Assembly: GCA_963796275.1 (NCBI GenBank)
Contig: CAWCKY010000003.1
Location: 512,001-576,000, forward strand
Source of the DNA: an uncultured Acidobacteriota bacterium
GTDB lineage: Bacteria; Acidobacteriota; Blastocatellia; RBC074
Direction: 5' to 3'
Length of the DNA: 64,000 bases
Part shown: piece by piece, positions 40,011 to 50,295 of the stretch
Numbering within the stretch: position 1 is the stretch's first letter
How the letters are laid out: each line of letters begins with the position of its first letter
Notes under the pieces: generated by a model
The model's input: only the letters and a program-made list of their open reading frames with translations
The model's database searches: none
Told to the model about the DNA's origin: nothing
Position numbers and translations under genes: made by a program

Positions 40011-40502
40011 GCCGCGCAGTTCGAGCACAATGTCCTTGACATCATCTTCGGTAACTTTTCCCGGCGCATCGACTTTGACGCTGAATTCAAGCGACTCGCC
40101 CGGTTTCAGCGGTTCTTTGCGAATGCGCGGTATCGGAACGCTCGTCGCCTGTGCGATCACTTTGTCTTGCAGATCGAGCATCTTCCCGACCACCTCGACG
40201 CCAGTTACAGGGCGCTCGCCGCGGTTGTGCAATCTTGCTCTCACCTGGAGCTGCCACAACCCGATCATATTCGGATAAACCATTTTATCGATCACTTCGA
40301 ATTGTATCTTATCCTTATAACCATCGAAATCGACCGAGCCGGAACGCGCGACATTCTCGAGCGTTGTTGGGCGATTTTCCGGGTTCAGATGAGTCAATAT
40401 CCATATGAGAGCTACGATTAGCAGCACTGCGACGCCGCCAACCCAGATAAATGGACGGATGGGATTTCGCTCGTTTTTTGGTTCAAGGTCAGGTTCAAAC
40501 AT
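39999..40502 (-). CDS. Hypothetical membrane-anchored Ig-like protein
   Basis: One TM; NRGERPVTGVEV...PLKPGESLEF pattern; overlaps or abuts the pmbA stop. Confidence 0.7.
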   Translation of the reverse strand: MFEPDLEPKNERNPIRPFIWVGGVAVLLIVALIWILTHLNPENRPTTLENVARSGSVDFDGYKDKIQFEVIDKMVYPNMIGLWQLQVRARLHNRGERPVTGVEVVGKMLDLQDKVIAQATSVPIPRIRKEPLKPGESLEFSVKVDAPGKVTEDDVKDIVLELRGLRF

Positions 40503-40515
40503 ATATGTACCTTTT

Positions 40516-41862
40516 CTATTCTCCACTTACCATCATTCGATTAACTTTGATCGTCGGCGCAGCAAGTTTGCCGCGAAAACGCAGATCATTTCCGATCATC
40601 TCAATACCGAGAAGCATCTCGCGAAAATTGCCCGCGATCGTTACCTCTTCGACCGGGAAGGCTAGTTTACCGTTCTCAATCCACCACCCGGCTGCACCGC
40701 GCGAATAATCTCCGGTCACGGGATTGAACCCGAAGCCGATCATTTCCGTCACATAAAACCCGGTTTTGACTGAGCGGATAATTTCCTCGGGTGAATAGAC
40801 CCCGGGCGCGATGAAAAAGTTGCCGTTTCCGACGACCGGTGCCCCGGTGAGGCCGCGCGCGGCGTTGCCGGTCGAATTCAGGCCCAATTTGCGCGCCGTG
40901 TAAGTATTAAGCAGGTAGCTATTTAGAACACCATCCTTGACAACCGCCGTTTGCCTCGTCGCCAGCCCTTCACCGTCGAACGGCCGCGACCCGGTTCCCC
41001 CTGGCAGCTGGCCGTCATCGATAATGTTGAGCTCCTCTGCCGCGATCTTTTCGCCGAGTTTATCTACGAGAAAAGACGCTCTTTTGAAGATAGAAGTTCC
41101 TTCAATGGCATCGAAAAAGTCGCTCAGCAGATCTTCAGTCGCGGTCGACTCAAATACAATCGGGACTTCCTGCGTTTTCACTTTCGTTGCGCCGAGTTTT
41201 CTGAGCGCACGGCGTGCGGCTTCCTTTCCAATCTCTTCCGCCTTATCGAGTGCAGCCAGAGAACGGTTGCGGTCACCCCAGTAGCCCACCTGCATCTGGT
41301 CGCCGTCTTTCGCGATCGGCGCGACTATCAGTCCACATGTTGTGCTTCGATACTCACCGGCAAATCCCGAGCTTGTCACAAGAGTCACCTTGCCGATGCT
41401 CGTTGAGCAGGCAGCTCCTTCTGAGTTGGCAATCCGCTGATCGAAATTGCGCGCGGCCGTCTCACCGACGAGTGCGAGTTCGATTTTCTTCTCGGTTGGC
41501 AGATCAGGAATTGCGGGGTCGTAGATTTCCAGATCGACTATCTCTTTCGCCAGCTCGTCCCGTGACGGAAGTTGCGCGGCCTCATCTACGGATGTGCGCT
41601 TGGCCAGCCCGACGGCGCTGGCGATCAGTTCATCGATCGCTCGTGCATTGAGGTCGGAGGTAGAGCAAGATGCCTGACGCCCTCCGTAAAGAATCCGGAG
41701 TCCCACTCCGCGAGAAGCCGCTTCCTGCAGCTTCTCTACCTGACCGAGGCGGACTTCGACGTGAAAGTCGGTCGTTTCAATCCCTATTGCTTCGGCATCT
41801 GTCGCTCCCTGCTTGATGGACCGGCCGACGATTTCGAGGAGAAAATCTGTTGAAATATTCAT
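40516..41862 (-). CDS. pmbA: PmbA/TldE protein
   Basis: FDGEG, NPVTGDYSRGAAG, PVEEVTIAGN; overlaps the tldD stop. Confidence 0.92.
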   Translation of the reverse strand: MNISTDFLLEIVGRSIKQGATDAEAIGIETTDFHVEVRLGQVEKLQEAASRGVGLRILYGGRQASCSTSDLNARAIDELIASAVGLAKRTSVDEAAQLPSRDELAKEIVDLEIYDPAIPDLPTEKKIELALVGETAARNFDQRIANSEGAACSTSIGKVTLVTSSGFAGEYRSTTCGLIVAPIAKDGDQMQVGYWGDRNRSLAALDKAEEIGKEAARRALRKLGATKVKTQEVPIVFESTATEDLLSDFFDAIEGTSIFKRASFLVDKLGEKIAAEELNIIDDGQLPGGTGSRPFDGEGLATRQTAVVKDGVLNSYLLNTYTARKLGLNSTGNAARGLTGAPVVGNGNFFIAPGVYSPEEIIRSVKTGFYVTEMIGFGFNPVTGDYSRGAAGWWIENGKLAFPVEEVTIAGNFREMLLGIEMIGNDLRFRGKLAAPTIKVNRMMVSGE

Positions 41863-43286
41863 TTCGTCCCTCCAACCGTCATTTCGGATATCTTGATCGT
41901 CGGGAGACCGACTCCGACAGGAACGGACTGACCATCTTTGCCGCAAGTTCCGACGCCTTCGTCGAGCTCAAGATCGTTGCCGACAGCTACGACCTTGGTC
42001 AACGCATTCGGTCCATTACCGATGAGCGTCGCACCTTTAACCGGAGCCGTCACTTTGCCGTCTTCGATCAAATATGCCTCGCTGGCGGAGAAGACGAACT
42101 TGCCGTTTGTGATGTCTACCTGTCCGCCGCCGAATTGAACGGCGTAGAGGCCGCGTTTGACCGAGCCGATTATATCGGCGGGAGCGCTCTCGCCTCCGAG
42201 CATATAGGTGTTGGTCATGCGCGGCATCGGCATGTGGCGATAACTTTCGCGGCGGCCGTTTCCGGTCAGACGCGCGCCGGTGAGGCGGGCGCTCAATTTA
42301 TCCTGCAGGTAACCGCGCAGAATACCTTTCTCAATCAATACCGTCTGAGAGGTCGGGTTGCCTTCGTCATCGATGTTTAGCGAGCCGCGGCGGTCCGGTA
42401 TCGTGCCTTCATCGATAACGGTACAAAGCTCGCTGGCGACCTTTTGTCCGAGGAGGCCTGCGAAGGCCGATGTGCCCTTACGGTTGAAATCTGCTTCGAG
42501 GCCGTGACCGACGGCTTCGTGGAGCAGGATGCCGGGCCATCCCGGACCGAGGACTACCTCCATGATTCCGGCGGGCGCGTCTGTCGCTTCGAACTGAACG
42601 ATGGCTTGCCGTGCCGCTTCGTTGGCATAATGCTCGACCAGCTTCTCGTTGAAGAAGTCGAACCCGATTCGCCCGCCGCCGCCGGAGACTCCCGATTGCA
42701 GATTGCCGTCATCATCTGCAATGCACATCACGCGTAAACGAGCCAGAGGTTGCACGTCACCGATCAGTAAGCCTTCGGAGGTGGCGATCAGGACGACCTT
42801 GTATTCATCGGCGAGGCTGCTCTGCACTTCGCGGACGCGGCGATCATATGCTCGCGATGTGCGGTCGATGCGAGAAAGCAATTCGATCTTGCGTTCGATC
42901 GGCTCATCGGATAGAGGTTGCGCGACAGGATAGAGATCATGCTCGGGCCTGCCCGCTGAAACATTGACCGGGCCGGATTCGATATGACTCTTAGCGATAT
43001 GGGCGGCAGTCAAGGCGGCTTTAGTGATGGCGTCGACCGCGATCTCATCACAAAAGGCATAGCCGGTACGCTCGCCCGAAATCACGCGTACTCCGACTCC
43101 CTGGCGGACGGAGCGATTGGCCGATTTGATGATCTGTTCTTCGAGATTGAGGCTGTTGACGACCGTATACTCGAGGTAAACATCCGCGTAATCTCCGCCT
43201 TTTGACATGCTGACACTCAACAGATTCTCGAGGTCGGAAATTGCGATGCTGAACTTTTCAGCGAAAAACTTTTGAGGTTCGATCAT
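41859..43286 (-). CDS. tldD: Metalloprotease TldD
   Basis: GWPGILLHEAVGHGLEADFNRK, PMPRMTNT, CGKDGQSVPVGVG. Confidence 0.96.
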   Translation of the reverse strand: MIEPQKFFAEKFSIAISDLENLLSVSMSKGGDYADVYLEYTVVNSLNLEEQIIKSANRSVRQGVGVRVISGERTGYAFCDEIAVDAITKAALTAAHIAKSHIESGPVNVSAGRPEHDLYPVAQPLSDEPIERKIELLSRIDRTSRAYDRRVREVQSSLADEYKVVLIATSEGLLIGDVQPLARLRVMCIADDDGNLQSGVSGGGGRIGFDFFNEKLVEHYANEAARQAIVQFEATDAPAGIMEVVLGPGWPGILLHEAVGHGLEADFNRKGTSAFAGLLGQKVASELCTVIDEGTIPDRRGSLNIDDEGNPTSQTVLIEKGILRGYLQDKLSARLTGARLTGNGRRESYRHMPMPRMTNTYMLGGESAPADIIGSVKRGLYAVQFGGGQVDITNGKFVFSASEAYLIEDGKVTAPVKGATLIGNGPNALTKVVAVGNDLELDEGVGTCGKDGQSVPVGVGLPTIKISEMTVGGTK

Positions 43287-44035
43287 AATTCACGTTCTCC
43301 CAGATAAACGGCCACAACGCCGCTCAGCAAGTTATGATAGCAGACCTTGGAGTAGCCTGCTTCTCGCATCATCGCGCATAGGCTTTTTTGATCGGGGAAA
43401 TTGCTGACCGATTTCGGCAGATATGTGTAAGCGCTTCTCGATCCGGAAATTATTCCGCCAATGCGTGGCAGTATCCTTTGAAAGTAGAATTCGAATAATT
43501 GGCGAAATATGGGAATGACCGGCCTGGAAAATTCCAGAATCGCGGCACGCCCGCCTGGCTTGAGCACGCGAAATATCTCGGAGAGGCCGCGTTGAACGTT
43601 CTCGACATTTCGCAGGCCGAAGCCGACCGTCACGGCATCGAAGCTCAAATCGGCGAACGGCAGGGTCAGGGCGTCTCCTTCAATCAGAAACGCATTGCTC
43701 GCACGTCTGGCGGCGACCTTTTGATTTCCGATGACCAGCATCGGATGGCAGAAATCGCAACCTATAACGCGCGCGTGCCGCTCGATGTCTAGGGTCAGGT
43801 CCCCGGTTCCGCAACACAAATCCAAAGCGAGCGCTCCGGGACGCGCGAGCACATCTTTCAGCTTATCGACCGTAAAGTTACGAAAGCGCGAATCGGTGTA
43901 GACAGATATAACGCGATTGACTCTGTCGTAAGTGGTCGCGATCTCAGCGAACATCTCACGCACGGCCTGCCCTTTTCCCGGGGCATTCAATTCCGGGTCG
44001 GGCATCCCGGCATTGTGATATTGTCGATACTGCAT
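43283..44035 (-). CDS. ubiE: UbiE/MenG quinone C-methyltransferase
   Basis: MFAEIATTYD, LDLCCGTGD, FGLRNV, AYTYLPKS. Confidence 0.9.
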   Translation of the reverse strand: MQYRQYHNAGMPDPELNAPGKGQAVREMFAEIATTYDRVNRVISVYTDSRFRNFTVDKLKDVLARPGALALDLCCGTGDLTLDIERHARVIGCDFCHPMLVIGNQKVAARRASNAFLIEGDALTLPFADLSFDAVTVGFGLRNVENVQRGLSEIFRVLKPGGRAAILEFSRPVIPIFRQLFEFYFQRILPRIGGIISGSRSAYTYLPKSVSNFPDQKSLCAMMREAGYSKVCYHNLLSGVVAVYLGEREL

Positions 44036-44101
44036 TAGTTGAAAAAGATAATTTACCGTTGATACGCATTAAGCGATTGGTGAACTTTGCGATCCGTCAC
44101 G

Positions 44102-45457
44102 TTACGGATTGGTTTTGAAACCCTCGTTGATTTTCCCAAACACAACAACTGTTAACGCATTCGATTCGAACAATTTTTTGGAGACACGCTCGATGTCGGT
44201 AAGGGAGATCGATTCGATCTTCTTAACAACCTCGAGCGGATAATTGCGCGGCAGCGAATAGACCTCGATCTCGCGCAAATAAGCTTCCGGAGGCAGCGCG
44301 GCATATTCGTTCGTCAGCGCCGTTTTTGCGGCGGCGAGCTCTTCCGGCGAAACGGGGGATGTCGTGAAGGTCCCAAAGATATCAGTAGCGCGTCGGGAGA
44401 ACGCAGTGGCCTGTTCCGCCGGCACGGAGGCTGAGAGGAAAAATGGGCCGGGTAAGACGCGCGGCACTGATTGGACCGTGAACTCTCCCGCGTCTTTCGG
44501 GAGTCTAGCGGACAGAATTTTCGCCAGGACCTGAGTCGTCAGATAGTCGCTATCGTTGTGTTTGACGCCGAGCACGCCACATCGTATTTCGACCTTGGAG
44601 GCATCGGGCGCTTCGATCTTCACGAGTTTCAATTGGGCGATCTGCTTGGGCGGGCGAAACGTTGATGGTACAACCTGACCTTTCGTCCATCCGCCGAAGT
44701 AGACCTTGAAGGGTCTTATCGCGCGCTCGTTTGTGATACTCCCGGTGACTACCGCAATTGCGTTATTCGAAATGTAGAAGCGCCGCACGAAATCATATAC
44801 ATCTCCACGCTTTATAGTGGGGACGCTTTCAACGCTCCCATCGATGTTATGGCCATAAGGGAAATCGCCGAAGAGTGCCTTCATGAAAGAATCGTCAGCC
44901 TTCTCAGCGTTTGATAAGGTTGTCGATTTTAGCCTATTGATATGGTCTTCCAATGCGCTGTTGAATGATTCGGCGCGAATGGTCTCAACGACGAGCAATC
45001 GTCCGACGATCTCGAGGACTGTGTCCATACTAGACAGCGGAGTTTCGATGTGAAACCACGTCGAATCCCAGTCCACGCCCCAATCGATCTTTGCCTGCAG
45101 CGATTCCAATTCTGCTTTCAAATTGGGATTGACGGCGAGCAGAGTCTCCTGGCTCAATTTGGCGAGCCCGGCCTTACCTGCCAGATCGAACTTTGCGCCG
45201 CCCTTGAGCACCAGATCGATTTTGATTGACGCATCGCCGGATCGTCCCAGCGTGATGATCTGCATGCCGTTGAGCAGAGACTCGCGCGTCACCTCGCGAT
45301 ACGGGTTGGCCGGCGTGAGTATAGGCCGTGAATCTTGATCATCGTCTTTTTTCTTATCCTGAGCCTCGACTCGCACTGCCCAAAATCCGTTGAGTAATAA
45401 CAACAGAGGGATAAAGAGAAACGTGAGGATGAAATAATGCTTAATTCGGAGGCTCAT
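44102..45457 (-). CDS. M16 (insulinase) family protein, non-catalytic type
   Basis: LLNGMQI, GKAGLAKL, FPYGHNIDGS, FYISNNA; no HxxEH motif. Confidence 0.8.
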   Translation of the reverse strand: MSLRIKHYFILTFLFIPLLLLLNGFWAVRVEAQDKKKDDDQDSRPILTPANPYREVTRESLLNGMQIITLGRSGDASIKIDLVLKGGAKFDLAGKAGLAKLSQETLLAVNPNLKAELESLQAKIDWGVDWDSTWFHIETPLSSMDTVLEIVGRLLVVETIRAESFNSALEDHINRLKSTTLSNAEKADDSFMKALFGDFPYGHNIDGSVESVPTIKRGDVYDFVRRFYISNNAIAVVTGSITNERAIRPFKVYFGGWTKGQVVPSTFRPPKQIAQLKLVKIEAPDASKVEIRCGVLGVKHNDSDYLTTQVLAKILSARLPKDAGEFTVQSVPRVLPGPFFLSASVPAEQATAFSRRATDIFGTFTTSPVSPEELAAAKTALTNEYAALPPEAYLREIEVYSLPRNYPLEVVKKIESISLTDIERVSKKLFESNALTVVVFGKINEGFKTNP

Positions 45458-45662
45458 CTTGCCTCGCAGTCGCTCTTTATGTTTTTTTTCCACGGCGCCC
45501 TGGTTTCGTATCAATCCATGCATGTGAACTCCGCTGTACTCAAAATTTGTTAGAGATTGAAGTTAGTTGAAAAGTTTAGCCGTCAGTCGGCCTAGCGTCA
45601 ATCAACCGAGTCGACAGATTTTGAACGTACATGATCCATTATATTGCACTCCCTGGTTATTG

Positions 45663-46493
45663 TTATTTCTCGCGCGCCTGCCTGGGATCGAGCCATTCGC
45701 GCAGCCCGTCGCCGACGAAGTTGAAAGCTAGCACGGTGAGCATTACCGCGAGGCCCGGGAAGACCAGCAGATGAGGCGCGAACCGCAGGTAGCTGCGGGC
45801 ATCGTTTAACATGACGCCCCAGCTGGGGGTCGGCGGTTGAACCCCGAGGCCCAAAAAACTAAGGCTCGCTTCCGCGAGCACGGCGCCTGCCATACCTAAG
45901 CTCGCTTGAACGATCAGCGGCTGTATCGCATTAGGCAGGATATGGCGGAAAAGTATCCGGGCATCTCCGGCGCCCAATGCGCGCGCGGCGGTCACGAAGT
46001 CGTATTCCCGAACCTTCAAAACCTGCCCGCGCATCAGTCGGGCGTATCCGACCCACCCGATCACCGAGAGCGCCAGTATCAGATTGTTGATGCTGGGGCC
46101 GAGAAACGCGACCATTGCAATAGCGAGTAAAATGCTGGGAAATGCGAGAAATACATTGAATAGGAACCCGGAGAAAATGCGATCGACCCATCCGCCGTAA
46201 TAACCTGAAAAAGCGCCGATGATCATTCCGATCGATGCCGAAATAAGCACAACCAGCACGCCAACCTGCATCGATACACGAGCGCCGTAGATGATGCGCG
46301 ATAGCACATCTCGTCCGAGATCATCGAGACCGAGGATGTGTCTGCGCGTCGGGGTTAAACGCTCTCCCGGCGCGGCATCGCTCGCGGATGGTTCCTGTAC
46401 CGTCGGATCATAGGGTGCAATCACGGGGGCGAAGATCGCCACAAAAAAGAAGACGGTGATGATTGCCAGACCGATTTTGCCTAAGCGGTTCAT
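45663..46493 (-). CDS. Peptide/nickel ABC transporter permease (DppC/OppC-like)
   Basis: LGLDDLGRDVLSRIIYGAR, AARALGA, EASLSFLGLG. Confidence 0.93.
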   Translation of the reverse strand: MNRLGKIGLAIITVFFFVAIFAPVIAPYDPTVQEPSASDAAPGERLTPTRRHILGLDDLGRDVLSRIIYGARVSMQVGVLVVLISASIGMIIGAFSGYYGGWVDRIFSGFLFNVFLAFPSILLAIAMVAFLGPSINNLILALSVIGWVGYARLMRGQVLKVREYDFVTAARALGAGDARILFRHILPNAIQPLIVQASLGMAGAVLAEASLSFLGLGVQPPTPSWGVMLNDARSYLRFAPHLLVFPGLAVMLTVLAFNFVGDGLREWLDPRQAREK

Positions 46494-46499
46494 ATTTTT

Positions 46500-46641
46500 C
46501 GGTAATCGGTAGCCGGGTGTCGGTAGTCGGTAGTCGGTAGTCGGTTGCGTAAGAATTTGTCGAACTACCTCTTCTAAACCGCCAACCGCCAACCGCCAAC
46601 CGCACAACCGCACAACCGCACAACCGCCAACCGAAACCGAC
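46500..46641. repeat. Heptamer tandem repeats in opposed blocks
   Basis: (CGGTAGT)-like units at 46500-46546, then (AACCGCC/AACCGCA)-like units at 46577-46641. Confidence 0.85.
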
Positions 46642-46645
46642 AACA

Positions 46646-47578
46646 CTATTCAACCTTTATTCGCGGATCGAGCAATCGATATGCGAAATCAGTGAGCAGG
46701 TTGGCTATGATGTATGTCAGGGCGATCATCAGGATGCAGCCCTGCACCATCGGGTAATCGCGTGAATTGATCGCGTCGATGGTTAAGCGACCGAGTCCGG
46801 GCCAACTGAAGATCACTTCGGTGATAATCGCTCCCGCCAGTAAAACGCCGAATTGCAACCCGATCACTGTGACAACAGGAATCAATCCATTTTTCAGCAC
46901 GTGTTTATATATCACCTGCAGTTCACTCAATCCTTTAGCGCGCGCGGTACGCACATAATCTTCATTCAACTCCTCGATCACGCTCGAGCGAACCATCCGT
47001 GTGAGAATCGCCGCCAGCGCGGCGCCGAGCGTTATCGCAGGTAAAATCAAATACTCCACCCTATATCGCCCCGAGACGGGGAGCAGATCGAGCTTGATTG
47101 CGAAGAGATATATCATCAACGGGCCGAGCACGAATCCCGGCGTGCTGATGCCGAGCAGGGCAACAACCGAAGCGATGTTGTCCATCGCTTTTCCTTGATT
47201 GGTTCCGGCGGTGACCCCCAGCGGAATCGCGATCAGAATGGCAACGGTGAGCCCGGCCAGCGCGAGTTCGATCGTCGCCGGATACCGCTTGAGTATACTC
47301 TCCAACACTCGGTCGGACGGATTGACCAGACTCTCGCCCAAATCTCCGCTCAAAACACCACGCCAGTAATTGAAATATTGTTGCGAAAGCGGCAGGTCAA
47401 GACCCAGCCTGCGTTTGAGTTCAATTACTTGAGCCTCCGTCGCATTGTCACCAAGCGCGTTGCGCACCGGGTCGCCAGGAACGATATGAATCAGTAGAAA
47501 TACAAGTGTCACGACTGCCCAAACCACCGGGAGCACAAGCAACAAACGCTTTGCCAGCACAAATATGATGGTTCGCAT
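46646..47578 (-). CDS. Peptide/nickel ABC transporter permease (DppB/OppB-like)
   Basis: PGDP, LGLDLPL, EDYVRTARAKGL, FSWPGLG, LDPRI. Confidence 0.93.
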   Translation of the reverse strand: MRTIIFVLAKRLLLVLPVVWAVVTLVFLLIHIVPGDPVRNALGDNATEAQVIELKRRLGLDLPLSQQYFNYWRGVLSGDLGESLVNPSDRVLESILKRYPATIELALAGLTVAILIAIPLGVTAGTNQGKAMDNIASVVALLGISTPGFVLGPLMIYLFAIKLDLLPVSGRYRVEYLILPAITLGAALAAILTRMVRSSVIEELNEDYVRTARAKGLSELQVIYKHVLKNGLIPVVTVIGLQFGVLLAGAIITEVIFSWPGLGRLTIDAINSRDYPMVQGCILMIALTYIIANLLTDFAYRLLDPRIKVE

Positions 47579-47908
47579 GCGCGGGATATTACCTTATGCC
47601 GCCCTGATTAGCCACCGGTTAACCTTCTATTAACCTTATAGTTTAAGAAGTGTCCGTTTTAAGTCACTTGTGATCCTGAAATGTATAATATTGATATACA
47701 CGCACATCCATAAATTCCATTTCAGATTTACCCTGGTCATTTATTTTCTTATATGTATGATGATTAGTATTTGCTTTTCAACAGGCTCTCAAGTATTTCT
47801 CTGAAGTGGAAACTAGGACTAGCAACTTTTGGCATCAAGATTGCCTCTAATAGCAGAATTAAACAGTGTCACAAAATTGGAAGTATGGAAGGGAGGACTA
47901 AAAGCACG

Positions 47909-48242
47909 ATGGTCAAAAAAACAGGGGAAGTAACACTGGCGACCTCGACCAAAGAGCTCGTCGCAGTCAATCAGTCGGTTGAAGTGGATCATACAACTAG
48001 AAAATGAGACTGTTCCACTGACCCGGCCACAGATGCAACAGCAGGTCAATAATATTATCCACGAGTGGTTGACCGATATGTGGCTTCTCACCACGGGTGA
48101 GGAGATCGAGATTGATTTCAATGGTAGTAAAAAACACAATGGACGTCCGCTAGCTGTCGTTTGCGATGGCCAGCTGAAACTGATGGAATCAAAGATTACT
48201 ACACTAGACGCATTGCGATCGGTCGGCATAGAGATGTCATAG
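47909..48242 (+). CDS. Hypothetical ~110 aa protein, probable +1 frameshift near 47986
   Basis: GGAGG RBS; MVKKTGEVTLAT...SVEV joins IIQLENETVPL... if one G of gtggatc is removed. Confidence 0.5.
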
Positions 48243-48404
48243 ATACCTCTCCTTTAGCTGAGTTCTTCTGAAGACGTGGGGCTGGGTGCATTATCAAGCA
48301 CTCAGCCCTTTTTTACACACCGTTCGATAAAAATTACGTTATCGATTTGCCAATTAAAATTACAGCATCGATGGATGGAAAATATAAGCCTATCTGTTCT
48401 GTAT

Positions 48405-48890
48405 TTATCTCTTCTGCCTTTCCGATTCGAATTGCTGGGTCGGTTCTTCAATAATGCTGTTATACGCGGTTGACGGCTCGTGGAGCACGCGATTAGTGCC
48501 TCTCGGTATTTCAGCGGGAGAATAATCGGTAGGCCTGGATGGCTTTTTCTCCTCGACCTTGCCGGCAATTTTGATCAATCCGAGCAGGTGGCGGCAAATA
48601 AGAATAAGAGCGCCGAATCCGCTCATCCCGAAAAGTATCGGGATCGGCGTTTTCCCCTCGTCGATCACCATAATTATTACAGTTCCTATCGTAATGAAGA
48701 GAAAGCCGAAGATACTGAGCCAGGCGACGATCTTTATTACCGACGATGGTTCAAATTGAGGGACATTCGCGCCTGTCGTCATCTCGCTCACGATTTCACG
48801 TGCGCGATCGATCGCGATCAGATTTGTCCCGCATCGTGTGCAGTACTTCTGACCTTTCGAATTTTCAGCCCCGCAATCCGGACAGAACAT
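48405..48890 (-). CDS. Zinc-ribbon domain membrane protein
   Basis: MFCPDCG...YCTRCG, two TMs, GAGGAG RBS. Confidence 0.82.
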   Translation of the reverse strand: MFCPDCGAENSKGQKYCTRCGTNLIAIDRAREIVSEMTTGANVPQFEPSSVIKIVAWLSIFGFLFITIGTVIIMVIDEGKTPIPILFGMSGFGALILICRHLLGLIKIAGKVEEKKPSRPTDYSPAEIPRGTNRVLHEPSTAYNSIIEEPTQQFESERQKR

Positions 48891-49039
48891 GCCGCATCTC
48901 CTCCTCGCCCAACATATTTTTCAAACTATACTCGGTAAGAAAAACATTTTCCATTTTTCATCTTATATTTTTCATGTTTATCTTCCCGGGCTTGACGGAC
49001 TTACCCGATGCGTTGTAAGGTTCAGCTTCTAAAATTTAA

Positions 49040-49090
49040 TCGTGGTGATTTATGGCGGCTTGCTCCACGTAAATAATGCGCTAAAAAGCC
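49040..49090 (+). promoter_or_regulatory. SAM-II-like riboswitch aptamer 1
   Basis: P1 CGTGG/CCACG, loop TGATTT, TTGC pairing with GCTAA, GGCT/AGCC; matches the SAM-II pseudoknot pattern. Confidence 0.8.
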
Positions 49091-49114
49091 CGATGGCTCC
49101 TGCAGATAGGAATT

Positions 49115-49152
49115 GAAGCCTCGCGCTTTTGGGCGCGGGGCTTTTGAATTTT
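49115..49152 (+). terminator. Intrinsic terminator after aptamer 1
   Basis: AAGCCTCGCGC...GCGCGGGGCTT followed by a T-rich tail. Confidence 0.8.
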
Positions 49153-49172
49153 TGCCGAAAATATTTTTACAG

Positions 49173-49211
49173 AAGATTTTTTGTAAAGATTTTTTGTAAA
49201 GATTTTTTGTA
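49173..49211. repeat. 13-bp tandem repeat, three copies
   Basis: AAGATTTTTTGTA x3 between the two riboswitch units. Confidence 0.9.
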
Positions 49212-49275
49212 AAGATATTTTCTAGAAGCTATCTGGTTAAGCAGTCATCTGGTAATAAGCTGTTTTGAAAATATG

Positions 49276-49325
49276 AGGTGGCGATTTAGGCGACTTGCTC
49301 CACTGGAAAAACTGCTAAAGAGCTA
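49276..49325 (+). promoter_or_regulatory. SAM-II-like riboswitch aptamer 2
   Basis: P1 GGTGG/CCACT, CGATTT, TTGC...GCTAAAG. Confidence 0.72.
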
Positions 49326-49332
49326 GGTGTTT

Positions 49333-49371
49333 TAGGCCCTACGCTGACTTTAGCGTAGGGCCTATTTTATT
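49333..49371 (+). terminator. Intrinsic terminator after aptamer 2
   Basis: TAGGCCCTACGCT...AGCGTAGGGCCTA followed by TTTTATT. Confidence 0.85.
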
Positions 49372-49419
49372 GATCGCGGTCATCAATCAACAAAATGGAA
49401 ATACGGGGCGGAAATATCA

Positions 49420-50190
49420 ATGCTTAGTTTCAATGATCAGATCGTGCTGATTACAGGGGCTTCGCGCGGGATCGGCCGTGCGGCGGCCCTCAAATTCGCG
49501 GAGGCGGGCGCGGCGGGGGTTGTCATCAACTACCATCGTGATAGCGAAGCGGCATCGCGGGTAGCCGAAGAGGTGGAGCGTGCGGGAGCGCAAGCTCTGG
49601 TTTGGCGGGCGGACGTCTCACGCGCGGATGAAACAGCAGCAATGGTGGAGCAAGCCATGACGCGCTTCGGCAGGCTCGATGTGATGGTAGCAAATGCGGG
49701 CATCTGGCCTCCGCAAGACCGCGCGATCATCGATCTCGATGAAGCTCAGTGGGAACAAACGATTCGCATCAATGTCGATGGGATTTATCACGTATGCCGG
49801 GCAGCTGCGCGCGTCTTCGTTACGCAGCGCCGCGGAAACATCGTCACCATTAGTTCGACCGCGGGACAGCGAGGCGAGGCGGGGCACGCGGATTATGCCG
49901 CTTCGAAGGGAGCGGTTATCAGCTTCACCAAATCGCTGGCATCCGAACTCGGTCGCTTCAACGTGCGCGCTAACTGCGTCGCGCCGGGTTGGGTCGACAC
50001 CGATATGGCTGCTCCCGCCCTGCGCGATGATGAGGCGCAATTGCATAAAATCAGAAATACGATTCCGATCGGCCGCATTGCCACGGCCGAGGATGTCGCA
50101 GGCCCCATACTTTTTCTGGCTTCCGATCTCGCGCGTCACATTACCGGTGAAATTCTCAATGTGAATGGCGGATCGGTGTTGTGCGGATGA
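49420..50190 (+). CDS. Short-chain dehydrogenase/reductase (FabG-like)
   Basis: TGASRGIG, NAG, YAASK, NCVAPG. Confidence 0.93.
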   Translation: MLSFNDQIVLITGASRGIGRAAALKFAEAGAAGVVINYHRDSEAASRVAEEVERAGAQALVWRADVSRADETAAMVEQAMTRFGRLDVMVANAGIWPPQDRAIIDLDEAQWEQTIRINVDGIYHVCRAAARVFVTQRRGNIVTISSTAGQRGEAGHADYAASKGAVISFTKSLASELGRFNVRANCVAPGWVDTDMAAPALRDDEAQLHKIRNTIPIGRIATAEDVAGPILFLASDLARHITGEILNVNGGSVLCG

Positions 50191-50195
50191 AAATC

Positions 50196-50279
50196 CAGTT
50201 TTTAGTTTTAAGTTTTCAGTTGGTTAGTCCCAAATAAATACTTAAAGCTGAAAACTTAAAACTGAAAACTGAAAACTGT
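50196..50279. repeat. Heptamer inverted intergenic repeat, copy 3
   Basis: cagtttttagttttaagttttcagtt ... ctgaaaacttaaaactgaaaactgaaaactg. Confidence 0.8.
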
Positions 50280-50295
50280 TTTCCGAGGAGGAGCG

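Noticed and set aside
46494-46646. N-terminal extension of the DppC-like ORF
   Set aside because: It is a translation of the heptamer repeats; the real start is more likely MNRLGK at 46493.
49173-49216. CRISPR array (also considered at 46500-46641 and 54458-54530)
   Set aside because: Short contiguous tandem repeats with no unique spacers, and no cas genes in the window.
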